Of a stretch of 64,000 nucleotides of DNA, positions 11,180-24,308 are shown piece after piece; positions within the stretch are counted from its first letter, which is position 1; the number at the start of each line of letters is the position of its first letter. Source of the stretch: Utricularia gibba (lineage: Eukaryota; Plantae; Magnoliophyta); the NCBI GenBank assembly GCA_002189035.1, contig NEEC01000013.1:2790001-2854000 (forward strand), given 5' to 3'. A model generated the notes under the pieces. The model did no database searches and was not told the DNA's origin. It saw only the letters and a program-made list of their open reading frames with translations. The position numbers and the translations under genes are program-made.

Positions 11180-14100
11180 ATGGGAAGCGAAGAGGGATCC
11201 TTTGGATCGGTGGATGAATTTTTAAGAAAGTGCAAGGTGTCGGGTGATGCAGCCTACGCAGCTCTCCGATCGTTGCTTGAGCGTCTTGAGGACCCGAAGA
11301 CCCGTGTTGATGCCAGGGTTTTTCTCTTTAAACTCCAGCAGTTGTTCGCGTCCGAGGAGGATTCAGATCGTTGTCTCCAGCACTACCATTTCCAAATCCA
11401 GGATGTGCATCTCGAGCAATATGAAGGTGCGTTTATCGATTATCGTTTATCGTTTATCGTGGTTTTGTCGCTCGGTGCTGTGTTTTTCTGAAGTGGGTTT
11501 TGCAGTGGGGGATGACAAACTCACGATCTATGTATCGTGTGCTGGTATCGGATGAAGTCTAGTTCACCAAGTTGATTAAGCAGTTTTTCTTCTCTTATAG
11601 ATCGATCCTTCCAGTGAAGTTCGGAATGTATTGTTCATCATAATTGTTTCCGCTGTTAGTTTAATGACTTTTTTACAGGTTTTCAAAAGAGGAAAAAACT
11701 CACAATGATGGTAATACCCAGCATCTTCATCCCTGAGGATTGGTCCTTTACCTTTTACGAGGGACTCAACCGACATCCAGACTCTATCTTTAAGGACAAG
11801 ACAGTTGCTGAGCTTGGCTGTGGAAATGGGTGGATATCAATTGCCATTGCGGAGAAGTGGTCACCCTTGAAGGTTGAATCTATTTTTTGTTGCGTAGTTC
11901 AGTTTAAATAGTATCGTAATAACCTGGAATTATTTTTCAGGTGTATGGGCTTGATATCAATCCAAGAGCAGTTAAGATTTCGTGGATAAATCTATATTTG
12001 AATGCTCTGGATGAAACTGGCCAACCTATTTATGATGGTGAAGGGAAAACTCTTCTGGACAGGGTTATGTTTTTTGAATCTGATTTGCTCTCATACTGTA
12101 GAGACAATAAGATTGAACTGGAAAGAATCGTTGGATGCATTCCACAGGTATGCTGAATTACATATCATTCTTCTGCAGTTTGGTTTTGTTTTCCTGATGG
12201 TTCTTTTCTTATTTGTATTCTCCTGGTTGCAGATTCTTAACCCGAATCCAGATGCCATGTCCAAAATAATCACAGAAAGCTCCAGTGAAGAATTTTTATA
12301 CTCTCTTAGCAATTACTGTGCCCTTCAGGTTGAAGTTCGTTGTTTCACATTTGCCTTGTTTATTCCTACTTGCAGCCAATCTCTTTTCACAAAGTATTTA
12401 CACTCAGAATATGGGCTGAGGTGCTTTGATGAACCCCTCTGTTGGCAACGTAAAAGAAAAATAAAAAATCCTAGAGCATGTACTTTTCTATAACGTGGCT
12501 GCATTATTTCTATTCTTTTTTCAAATGCATTCTTACCTCTATGGAGGCATGGGTTTCATGAGCCTGATTTTGCTGATTTTGCTATCATTTGTCTGGATGG
12601 CTGATTTTGCTGGCATGTTGACATTTTTCTTGACCTTCCAAGGGGTTTGTCGAGGATCAGTTTGGTTTGGGGCTAATTGCAAGAGCTGTTGAAGAGGGAA
12701 TATCAGTACTGAAACCTCTGGGTATTATGATATTTAATATGGGAGGTCGACCAGGTCAAGCTGTGTGTAAGCGTTTATTTGAGCGTCGTGGTCTGCGAGT
12801 TAACAAACTCTGGCAGACTAAAGTTCTCCAGGTTCTGGTTTCTACTCTTTTTATTTCTAGTAAACCATGATTGAAGTAAAATCTGTCGGAAGATCTCTTG
12901 TTGCAGGCTGCTGATACAGATATTTCAGCATTAGTTGAAATCGAGAAGAATAGTCCACATCGTTTTGAGTTCTTCATGGGTCTTGTTGGAGATCAACCCA
13001 TTTGTGCAAGAACAGCATGGGCCTATGCCAATGCTGGTGGTCGTATTTCTCATGCATTATCTGTCTACAGCTGTGAACTGCGCCAACCTAGTAATGTATG
13101 GAGGTTATTAAAATGCTTTACAGATTTCTAACATCTCATCAGGATAGAGGGGACTGTCTTTGGGATAATGTATACAAATAATGCTTTATCTGATATGACA
13201 GGTGAGAAGGATTTTTGAGTTTCTGAGAAATGGATTTCATGATATCAGCAGCTCTTTGGATTTATCCTTCGATGATGACTCAGTGGCAGATGAAAAAATT
13301 CCATTCCTAGCTTATCTTGCTGATGTTTTGAAAGAAATTTCATTTTTCCCTTATGAACCTCCTGCTGGGAGCAGACGATTTCGCTCTCTTGTTGCAGGAT
13401 TCATGAGAACATATCATCACATTCCACTTACCATGAATGTAAGAAAGTTTTCTGCTTCAGATATCTTTTTCCTTTGCCATCCGAACTCAATGTTTTCCTG
13501 CTTTAATTTTTCCATTCAGTTGTAATTGTTCTGAATGAATTTCAATGAATTTTGTTTATTCAGTTTTAGCTAAGTTTGTTTGCTTGGTATAATTGCCTAT
13601 TCTTATTATCTTTTTGTGCTAGAATGTTGTTGCATTTCCCTCAAGGACTGTGGCAATTGAAAGTACCCTGCGGCTCCTGTCTCCACGCCTTGCCATTGTT
13701 GATGAACAGCTGTCTCTTCATTTGCCAAGGCAATGGTTAACTAACCTTAATATCGAGGTATGACAATTGTAAACATCCATGAGGGTCACTTAGATTGCTT
13801 TTCTTATAAAAAAATATCCTATGCAGAAGATTGAAGGATTAGAATCTCCAAAGGAAGCTATCAGTGTTATTGAGGCACCACGCCAATCTGATCTAATGAT
13901 AGAACTAATTAAAAAGCTGAAGCCAGAGGTTGTTGTTACTGGCATTGCGGCATATGAGTCGGTAACTACATCGTCTTTTGAGCATCTTTTACAAATCACA
14001 AGAGAAATTGGGTGCTGGCTGCTGTTAGATGTATCAGACCATTTTGAGCTATCTAGCCTCCCTACATCAAATGGGGTTTTCAAATATCTTTCTGGGAGCC

Positions 14101-16082
14101 CCCTTCCTTCTCATGCAGCTATAGTATGCGGCTTACTGAAAAATAAGGTATGACTTATCAATGCAGTTTTTCTGTAGCTGCTTGCATTTGCTGTGCGTGC
14201 GAAACATGGATTTTGGGCTGCCACCCAGTTCCTCTTTTGTAATCTCAAAAGGCTTTTATACATCACAGGTTTATTCAGATTTAGAGTTGGCGTTTGTAGT
14301 ATCCGAGGACGAGGCTGTACTTGAAGCATTATGCAAGACTGTGGAGCTTTTACAAGGCGGTACACCTATAATTAGTCAGTACTACTACGGTTGTATTCTT
14401 CATGAGCTTCTGGCTTTTCAGCTCGCTGATAGGCGTCCACCTTCTCAGGTTCGCATAAATCAGAGATGATTAATTTAGCGCTCAGTTTTTCCCTTTCAAA
14501 GAAGCTGCCACAGGAATCAAATTTCAATTTGATGTGTGAAACTCAGCTTGTTTTCTTGTTGTGATTCCTCCTAAATTTTACTTGAGATGAAGTTGACGGG
14601 TGGATTGCTAAGTGTCTATGCTTTCAACGATGTTTTCCTCCATTTCTTTTGTTAGTTTCAGAAACACTGTAATGCTGGTGCCACATGGACTGAATTGCTG
14701 ATTGACATTGATGAGTTAACATGTCCTATTTCCTCCTTTTTTTCAGAGAATTAGTGGAAAGGAAGGATCATCTGTCCCCCTTTCCATTCTCTCCAGAATG
14801 GAAGGTGCTGAGCTATCATTGAATGAGAGTGATGAAAACCAGGTTCTTCACATGGATATTGATCAAAGCTTTTTACCATTAACAAAGCCTGTCAGGGCTG
14901 CAATCTTTGAGAGTTTTGCAAGACAGAATACAACTGAGGCTGAAACAGATGTCACATCTGGTATTCGTGAGCTGATACGAGACAGTTATGGCTTCCCATT
15001 TGGTTGTGATTCTGAATTCACATATGCTGTTTCCACTTTGTCTCTTTTCAATAAGCTGGTGATGTGCTGCATCCAAGATGGCGGTACACTTTGCTTTTCA
15101 ACCGGTTCAAATGGGAATTATGTTTCTGCTGCGAAGTTTCTGAAGGCAAACGTAATGGTTGTTTCGACTGAACCAGATGATGGATACAAGTGGACAGAAA
15201 CAACACTTCGTGCTGCCATAGAAACCATTGAAAGACCATGGATTTACATTTCTGGGCCAACCATCAGTCCCACGGGCTTAGTGTACAGTAACGAAGAGAT
15301 CACTAAACTGCTATCCGTCTGCGCTAAGTTCGATGCAAGGGTGATTTTAGATACATCATTTTCTGGGGTGAACTTCAACTCGAAGTGTGAAGAGGTCTGG
15401 AATTTGGAGCCCATAATGCAGAAGCTTTCATCTGCTAACTCTTCCTTCTGTGTAGCTCTTCTTGGGAGCTTATTTTCAAAGCTCCTGACTGGTGGGATCA
15501 GGTTCAGCTTTCTCCTTGTCAACCAGCCGTCATTCATCGAAATGCTGCATACCTTTGGAGGATCAAGCAAACCCCACCGCACAATCAGGTATGCGGTTAA
15601 GAAACTATTGGGATTGAGAGGTGAGCAGAAAGCAGATTTACAGAAGGCCCTCTCACAGCAGAAAGAGATACTTGGAACCAGATATAGCCAACTGAAGCAG
15701 GTAAATAGCCATCCTATCCATCTCAACCAAAAGAAGTGCGCTATAATCACCATCTGTTGCTCCTCCATGTGTCTATATCCGACAGGTGCTCGAAGGCTGC
15801 GGTTGGGAGGTGTTGGAAGCCAAAGCAGGCATATCCTTTTTGGCAAAGCCATCGGCGTACCTCGGGAAGACAGTTAAGTTTCAAGAGGGAAGCAGTTGGA
15901 AGGAGGTAAAGGTGAATGACTCCAACATCAGGGAAGCAATCCTCAGGAGCACAGGGCTGTGCATCAAAAGCTGTGTGTGGACCGGAGTTCCCGGATTCTG
16001 CTGCTTCATGTTTGCCCTCGGAGACACCGATTTTGAGCGCGCACTCGACTGCATCACCAAGTTCAAAAGCTTGCTTCAGTAG
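11180..16082 (+). CDS. MMT: Methionine S-methyltransferase (SAM methyltransferase plus aminotransferase-like domain), multi-exon
   Basis: Exons read MGSEEGSFGSVDEFL, KLTMMVIPSIFIPEDWSFTFYEGLNRHPD, VAELGCGNGWISIAIAEKW, VYGLDINPRAVKISWINLYLNALD, ERIVGCIPQ|ILNPNPDAMSK and FVEDQFGLGLIARAVEEGI; C-terminus FERALDCITKFKSLLQ*. Confidence 0.97.
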
Positions 16083-16507
16083 CACACTGCAGGTATCATC
16101 ATCCCTGGCTTGCTGCATGCGCCTTATTTCCTTCTGTGTGTGATTTCAGTCACTTATTTCCCTTACAAGGGTTCAATGGTGGTTGAGCCTCCTTGGTAAC
16201 AAGTATGGCCTCCTCACGGCTGACAGTTATGTTTGTCGGATGAGCAGCTGGTAACTGTCAATTTGGAATCCAACACGACCCATCGAATGGTTTTATGCTA
16301 AAACATGTATTAATATTAACTAGAAAATAATATTAAAGCTATTTGAAAGTAAGTTATATTTTAACATAAGCGAGAATATGTATTATTATGTTAATATTAT
16401 TTTTTATCGTTTCGAAGCAGAATATATTTCAGTTTGATTGAACTATTGATAAATTGATTAAATCAATCCATTTGTAAAGTAATAATAAGAGGAAGAAGAC
16501 GACGATT

Positions 16508-16579
16508 TGGGCCGTGTGCGTTAGTGTATTAATGATTATGGGCTTGTAATTTGGATTTGAGCCGATGTATTGAGGCCCA
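16508..16579 (+). promoter_or_regulatory. Site II (TGGGCY) cluster upstream of RPT5
   Basis: TGGGCC 16508-16513, TGGGCT 16539-16544 and GGCCCA 16574-16579 lie 130-200 nt upstream of the RPT5 ATG. Site II motifs are typical of plant proteasome and ribosome gene promoters. Confidence 0.6.
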
Positions 16580-16705
16580 TATCGAGTTTGGTTGGAGAGA
16601 AAAGGAGGAAGGGGCGCTTTTCTACATGAAGCCAACTCCGATTTTCCGTGGATTCGTCTGCAAATCTTCTCTTCTTGGAGAATCAGAACCTGGAGGCGGC
16701 TGGAC

Positions 16706-19467
16706 ATGGCGACGCCGATGGCAGAAGACAACTTCGAGGATGATCAGCTTTCTTCAATGACGACTGAGGACATTCAGCGGGCTTCTCGTCTTCTCGATAA
16801 TGAAATACGAATTCTGAAGGTCTCATTCTCGGCTGCTCTTGCTTCGATATGGATGGCATTTCAGTTGATAATTGAATCCTTTTTTTTCTTTGTTTTTTCA
16901 GGAAGAGCTACAGCGTACGAACCTGGAGCTTGAGTCGTTCAAGGAGAAGACGAAAGAGAACCAAGAGAAAATCAAGCTGAACAAGCAGCTACCTTACTTG
17001 GTCGGAAATATTGTTGAGGTACTCGTGTTTGACTGGGCATTTGTTTCTTCCTTAGGTTTTTCTTAAATGTCCGTTTTAGGCCCGAGAGGAACGTGTCGAT
17101 GAGATGGGAGGTGTTGTTTTTACTCTCTTCCTGTTTCCGGAGTGATCGAGATAAAAGTTACTCTGTAATTATAATGATGTATTAGATGTCCATATAGCCT
17201 CATTAAGATTTTTTTTCATTAAGTAGGTTTTTTAGGTTAAATGACATTTAAGGTTTACATTATGTTGTTGCTTAGTCTATGCATGTTCATCTTATGCTCT
17301 GATAATTTTTTTTTATTTTTTATTTTTACTTTATCATGAGAAGTACTTCCGTATATCAGAATACTTTATCTATATTCTTTCTTCAGATACTTGAAATGAA
17401 CCCAGAGGAAGAGGCTGAAGAGGATGGTGCAAACATTGATCTTGACTCACAAAGGAAGGGTAAATGTGTAGTACTCAAAACAAGCACACGCCAGGTGTGT
17501 AACATGTCTCTTTGCCTACATTGACCTGTTTCAGATCTCGTGATGTACTTTTGTTGAAGAATCGAAGTATTTATTGCTTTGTAGACAATTTTCCTCCCTG
17601 TTGTTGGCCTGGTTGACCCTGATAAGTTGAAGCCCGGTGATCTTGTTGGGGTGAATAAAGATAGCTATCTCATATTAGACACTCTACCATCTGAGTATGA
17701 CTCTCGTGTCAAGGCTATGGAGGTTGATGAGAAACCAACGGAAGACTACAACGACATTGGAGGCCTGGAGAAACAGGCATGCGTCTCTTGTTTAAGCTAG
17801 ATATGATTAGATACAGTAGAGTGCTTTTTCGATAGACATTTTTTTATTCCACCCTTTCAGATTCAAGAGCTGGTCGAGGCAATTGTTTTGCCAATGACAC
17901 ACAAAGAAAGATTTCAGAAACTTGGAATTCGCCCACCGAAAGGTGTCCTCTTGTATGGTCCTCCAGGGACAGGGAAGACTCTTATGGCTCGTGCCTGTGC
18001 TGCACAAACTAACGCAACCTTTCTGAAATTGGCTGGTCCTCAACTTGTTCAGGTATGGAGGACATCTTCACATTCTTTTGTCTTGTTACTATTAGATTCA
18101 CCTGATCATTCCATAATATCCATCGCAAGCATATCCCATGCTACACTAAAGCAGGATAATTCAGTTCTCGGAAATATCTACTCTGTAGGATTTCTTTTCG
18201 TTTGAAACATGTTATTCTTGCAAATCCAACATCATCGAAACCACGGCCAGTTTTGTTGTTGTGGTTGTTCTCAACTGCGCCTATATGATGTGAAGTCCAT
18301 GGACATCTGACCTTTAAATGCCTGTTCACCTAGTTTTTAATGCTACACATCATATCTGTTTGATATCGATTATTTCTCGTTGTTTCTGTTCAATGCACAA
18401 TCATTTGCTTGCGTTTTTTTATTTTTCTGTGTTTACTCAAAGTAGTAATTTTGTGTGTAGATGTTCATTGGGGATGGAGCAAAACTTGTCCGTGATGCTT
18501 TTCAACTCGCCAAAGAAAAATCTCCATGCATCATCTTTATTGATGAGATTGATGCTATTGGTACCAAGCGTTTTGATAGGTAATTAGTTAAGTGAGGGTT
18601 AATAATTGGTTTCAAGAAAAGGGGGGCATGACTCCGCCTATCAGTGGCCATATCCTAAATCCATGATGCCCTAGTTGATGTAGTCATTCAGCGCTCAGGC
18701 GTTGAGTGGAAACCCTCATTTTTCTTATTTGATTCATGATTGCCTTAAACCTTCCAGTGAAGTCAGCGGGGACAGGGAGGTGCAAAGAACCATGTTGGAA
18801 CTGCTTAATCAGCTCGACGGTTTCAGCAGCGATGAACGGATCAAGGTTCGTATTTCCTACCTTGCCCTCTATTCTCAGTTTTGGCTGTTCGACAGGCTTA
18901 ATGATACCTAGCACTGTCAACTTCTTATCCTGGTATTAAACATTTCAGGTGATAGCAGCTACTAATCGTGCGGATATCTTAGACCCCGCGCTGATGCGAT
19001 CTGGCCGTCTGGATCGTAAAATCGAATTCCCCCACCCAACTGAAGAAGCTAGGGCTCGCATTTTGCAGGTAACAGGGAGCATTCCGCTTATTCTCTTTTG
19101 TGTGAGAGTCTTGAAGTTTCCATCTTGAAGGCCTTGGCTTTTTCCTTGTCTTTTGAATCCTAGATCCACTCTCGAAAGATGAACGTTCATCCTGATGTCA
19201 ACTTCGAAGAGCTCGCCCGCTCAACAGATGACTTCAATGGTGCTCAACTCAAAGCTGTCTGTGTAGAAGCTGGCATGCTAGCACTTCGCCGTGATGCAAC
19301 AGAGGTCTCTCTTTTCTCTACAGCACACACACAGAGTGATGCATAGGATCTCCCAGCACTTTTTAACTTTTCCTGTTTGATTTTCCTAGGTGAACCACGA
19401 AGATTTCAACGAAGGCATCATACAAGTACAAGCCAAGAAGAAAGCAAGCTTGAACTACTACGCCTAA
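16706..19467 (+). CDS. RPT5: 26S proteasome regulatory AAA-ATPase subunit RPT5 (6A), multi-exon
   Basis: [38 protein letters not shown]; [17 protein letters not shown]; Walker [19 protein letters not shown]; [18 protein letters not shown]; ends [10 protein letters not shown] (TAA 19465-19467). Confidence 0.98.
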
Positions 19468-19843
19468 ATGCATTGAAAAACAAGTCAACCTTCAGTCACA
19501 ACTCCCTCTTGAATTTGACCCACGGGTCTAAATTAGACGTGGTGTAAAGTCTTTATCAGTCAAAAACAAATCTCTTTGCTTATTAACTTTTAGTAGACTT
19601 GATTCATTAAAAAACAAGCCCATTGCCTGATCTTTATCACAACTTTTAGTAGGCTCGAGAGCACAGAAGCAGATGCAAGAAGGAACATTATAATGGATAA
19701 TGTCAAGGTATGCTGGAGAAGCCACATGCATTTCTATCACAGCTCTTTTCAAATACGAAGAAATCACCAGCTCTGGCAAGTGACAAAATTACCTAAGATA
19801 CCAAATATGTTTACTTGGGACCTTGCAGATGATCTCCAGGTCC

Positions 19844-22375
19844 TCAACCAGCCTGTTGCCCTGCCATCTGTGGAGCTTCTACTACCTGCTCCGGCACCTG
19901 CTGTTCATAAGCATACTGTTGTTCCGTTTGCATCGGCTGATACGTTCGTTGGCTCCATTGTGATTCCGTCGTTGGCATTGGCTGATATGATTGTTGAGCC
20001 CATTGCTGCTGCTGTGCAGTCTCCATGGGTTGATGTGATCGTTGATTCCATTGATTAGCATAAGATGATACCCTCGGTGTTTGCCATGACGGTGCAGGAG
20101 CTCTGCTGCCCAGCTCTTCCATCACCGGTGGTCTTGCTGGCCCCATCCTTGGGGGCCTCGTGGACTTGAATAAGGTGGTCTTGGGCTCGACTGTTGAATC
20201 TGAAACTGGTTGAAAATAGCCTCTATTTCTGCTTGCCGATCCACTGATCCAAAAGCGTTCAATACAAATTCCCTCAGTGATGCAGTAGTTCCCACTCCAT
20301 GGTCTGCCATCTCCTTGATCAAATTGGCACTGGCATCAAAATGGCCTTCATCAATAAGGCCCCTGAGTACAGTGTCATACGTAGTAACATCTGGTTTCGG
20401 CTCTCTTTCGACCATTTTCGCCAAAATCGGTAAGCAGTTGCCACTCATACCCTTCTGAATCATGTAGCTAAACCATTTGTTGGCATAAGGGGGATGACCC
20501 TAAGCCCTGCCTCAACCATCTTGGTAAATTTCTCCAACATGTTATCCGCCATGTCCAGCTCTATATAAGCCTCGATCAATGTTTTGTAGGTATTGACATC
20601 GGGCGATAACGACTTGTCGCAAAGCTGCTTGTAGTACTCTTCGGCTTTATCCATCATTTGGAGTTCGGACATCCTAGCTATCATGTTGTTGAAGCCAGCC
20701 ACATCCATCTGAAAAGGTTTGGATTTCACAGCCTTACCAGACCTTTGGAATACATCCATTGCTTCCTCAACATTTCCTTCTTTTAAGCATTCATTCACCA
20801 TCATGCTCACAGTGTCTGAGTTCACTGCCTGGAAAGTGGGAGGCGTGTGATCATCCAACATGCCATGGAACAAGTCCCATGCTTCTTTCTTTCTTCCATG
20901 CTTCAGGAGTGTTTCCAACAGCACATTTCGAGTCGCTGGAACCATCCGGTAATTTCTAGCCATCAGATCCCTGTAAGACTCCATTGCCTCCTTGGGCTTT
21001 CCCTGATTGAAAAACCAATCCATGAGGGTGGCATTTACAACGCCATCATAAACCGTGCACCGTTCCTTCAACTCATCAAACAACTCATTAGCTTTCTCCA
21101 GGTTTCCTGCATTCAAGTAGCCAAGAATCACATTGTTAAAGACCAGGGAATCAGCACCATGGCCCTTATGCAACATTTCACGAAGCATGCTCACTGCTTC
21201 TTCCAGCCGACCGGCATCAATGAGCCCCTTTGTAAGGTGGCGATATGTGACTGCTGAAGGGCTATAGGGAGCATTCTCTAGGATGCATTCATACACTTTC
21301 AGTGCTTCATCTACCTCATTGGACTCACAGTGGGAAACAATGAGATTGTTGTAAGATACAACATTTGGTATGATCTCAAACTGGCGAAAGAAATACTGGA
21401 ACAGAGCTTTAGCGTCACTGTACCGCTTGGCTCGATACATTGCTGCAATAATAGCGTTGCAGGTGAACACTGTGGGCCGAATGTACTGATACGCGGACTG
21501 GCGAGCGACATATGAGGCAGAGTCGAGGTCTCCGGCACGGATGAGGGACTGAACGCGATTGTGCAGGTTTAGCCGAGGGCCGACAAGTGCAGAAGTGGAG
21601 TCAGGAAGCCGAGGCTTGTCAGGGCTGTTGGCGTTGGGGGATTTGGCTGACTGGGCCGCAGAGCATAAAGAGGAGGCTCTATCCGAAGCCGCCTCTTTCT
21701 GCGTCGGCGTTCTGCCGCGGCTTCCTCTGCTGAAGAGAAGCCATAAGACCGTTGGGAAACAAAGGGAGGTGAGGTGCCTCCGGTAGCCGAGTTTGTGGCC
21801 GTAAAATTGGGGAACTGGAAGTTGCTGGAGGGGTTTGAAGCAGGAGAATTGTGGCTGTAGGAAATAGGGAACCCGGAGTGAGTAGGACCTTGAAAGCCAG
21901 TCCCATCAACTGCGGGGGGATTGGAGAGCGGCGGATAATTTTCTACGGGGGACTCTGCAGTACGACCGGAATTGGAGTAATAGGCGTAATTTCCGGTCGA
22001 AGTGTCCCCCGAATTGGAGAAATGAGTATAATTTCCTGCAGCGGGACCCCCGCTGGTGCCGGAATCGGAAAAATGAGAGTAATTTGCTGCAGAGGGCACC
22101 GCCGTGGTGCCAGAATTGGAGAAGTTTGAGTAGTTTCCGGCCACCGGGCCATGGAACGTTGAGACATACGGATGGCCGTTTCCGGGTTCTGGCTGTGCAG
22201 GGGGAGTTCGATGCCCCCACGGGTCGATCGGCGTCCCGGCAGCGGAGGTAGAACCAATATGCCCTCTGGGATCATCAACACCATTCGCCTGAGGAGGAGA
22301 GTTATATGAGAACGGTATCGAGGAAATATAACGCCGGAGTGAGGGTCGGAGAAGGAGGAGGCGGTGGAGATGCAT
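19844..22375 (-). CDS. GRP23: GRP23-type PPR protein with Gln-rich C-terminus; intronless; three apparent -1 frameshifts
   Basis: FSSAEEAAAERRRRKRRLRIEPPLYALR, PRLPDSTSALVGPRLNLHNRVQSLIRAGDLDSA, RPTVFTCNAIIAAMYRAKRY, PPR repeats and C-terminal QQW(A/S)Q repeats, matching my recall of Arabidopsis GRP23. The frame is restored by adding one base in the G runs (plus strand) at 21636-21640, 20489-20493 and 20151-20155. Confidence 0.92.
21914..22150 (-). repeat. About five imperfect coding repeats (xGNYSxFSNSG) in the N-terminal region of the PPR protein
   Basis: Translation GPVAGNYSNFSNSG / SAANYSHFSDSG / PAAGNYTHFSNSG / STGNYAYYSNSG / PVENYPPLSNPP. Confidence 0.75.
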
Positions 22376-22539
22376 GACGACGGTGGCCAGAAACCCTAGA
22401 CCAGACCACTGAGCGAAACCTTTAAACCCTGATTTTAACTATTTTAAATTTCCTCATTTTTACTTATTAGTTAAAATAAAAAATTTCCCTCAAATAAAAT
22501 TGCGTACTTTTAAGAAAATTGATATTCTTAGGTGGATCC

Positions 22540-23770
22540 TGTGAAACAAGCGATTTCTTCTGTTAGGGGGATGAGAGCGACCGCTACACTGAGCGAGGTT
22601 TGTTCACCAAGAGAGCTTCTGCGGTCGCCGGCTTTGTTGAAGCTGGTTAATGTTTCTGTGATTTGACCGAGGTGCTGCTTCTGTTTTCGAGACAGATTAC
22701 TTTCATTGTGGTGACATTTATACTAAATATTACGTATTCGCTGCATTTTGGGTTTGGACCGTTAATCCCTTTGTGCCAGTTCTTTAGATCTGCTTTTTTG
22801 CTATCGCTGGATGATGTTATTGTTTGAACAATGTATCTGTGATATCTATAGTTGCGATTGACCTCGAATGTGTGGGTAAGTGTGATTTTGTTATGATCAT
22901 TTCAGGAGTCTAGTTTTCTTTAGTAGTAGTGGTGGTAGAATCTTCGGAGGAATGATGGTAGCTTCTTCTCATATTCAAATCGTATTGTCTCGATGTTGTT
23001 AAAAGAGCTTATCTGATCATGTTTAAAATGTGTTTTAGGTTGTACTTGCACCTTCTATCATCCGCAAATCAGGAAAAGGTAGCCTCCTGGTGTGCTTTTG
23101 TTTTCTGTTAACTGAGTTTTATTATTTTTCCATTTATCTAGTTCGTAATTTCTGTAGTCGGATGTGTTCATTTCACTTGCTCTGTATTTTGCCTTTCCAT
23201 TCCCCATATATTTTTTCATTGTAGTTCTTATGTTGGTTCAAAAAGCCTTTTATTTCATAGCATGTTCACTTGATTCTTGGTTCATCTTTTTTTTATAGGC
23301 TGTTCTTTTTCTGCTGAGTCTTTATCTGTAGTTTGATCAGAGGTGTGATATTCTATGAATCAGCTCGCATTTAGAGGCAGTTGATATGTCTCGCATACGA
23401 GTTGAGGGTTACCTTGCAGCATCTCCAAAATTGGTTGGAACAGGGAAACAGCACGCATTTTTTGAGATTGAAAATGTCCGATCTATACAACCTTGGGAAT
23501 TCAGCAAGTATGATGAAATTATGTTTTGCAACTTATTTTTGCATGTTCTACGGGATGGGTGGGGTTTTTTTTCTGTTGCTCGCAACAGCCTGAGATGCTT
23601 TGGATAGCGTATCATGTGTTTTTATTATGAAACTCAATGCAACGACTGAACATCTCGGTGATGTTTGCAGGTATGATCCGAGAAAGTCTTGCTCAGATTG
23701 CTCGGTCCGTTGATCTCATCGACAGCTCAAACAGCAAGTTAGCCTTAAGAACTACTTATAGATGCTTGTT
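22540..23770 (+). other. Unidentified spliced-looking locus (gene relic or non-coding RNA), divergent from the PPR gene
   Basis: Exon-like blocks with canonical sites: TTTTAG|23039-23078|GTAGCC, CAG|about 23341-23507|GTATGA and TTTGCAG|23671 onward. Joined, one frame runs across the three blocks with a single internal TAG. No homolog recognised. Confidence 0.35.
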
Positions 23771-24308
23771 GCGCTGGCTCTGAATCTCACTGGGAACCCA
23801 AATGGAGTTCACCCTCCTAGCTGTGATCCAGCGAGTCTGTTTCCCATTTCAGTTCAATTTGCTTCTACCACCGCTTTCTGCGACCTCAAGGTGAGACGTA
23901 TCGTGACTCAATGTTGCATCGAAATCCTGAAGCTGCTCAGTATTCTACCCACCAAAGGCCGCAATCCTCCCATTTTCTCACAGAGGCGGCTTTTCCTATT
24001 ACAGAAAACTACCAAATTGTCCGAAGTCACCACGATATTTCCTTCCACAATTCTACTAGTCCAGGGCCAGGACCTTGAGACCGGATTACGCTCTCTTTGG
24101 TTTGAACGTAGTAGTGACTGCTTGTGCAATTGCATGAAATTTGATTTAGATATTAAAGTGTCCATGTTTACCTTTCGTTTCACAGCCTGCTTGATAAGAT
24201 GAAATCCTATGTAAAGAGCAGGGTACATTTGTGCGTGTATCCAGTGAACAGAACGGAACAGCAAAACTGAGAAATCACACAGCCAGAGCCAAGGAGGAGT
24301 TGAAAATT

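Noticed and set aside
22951-23017. Possible C/D snoRNA (ATGATG...CTGA)
   Set aside because: Only about 8 nt of rRNA complementarity and a 2-bp terminal stem; insufficient.
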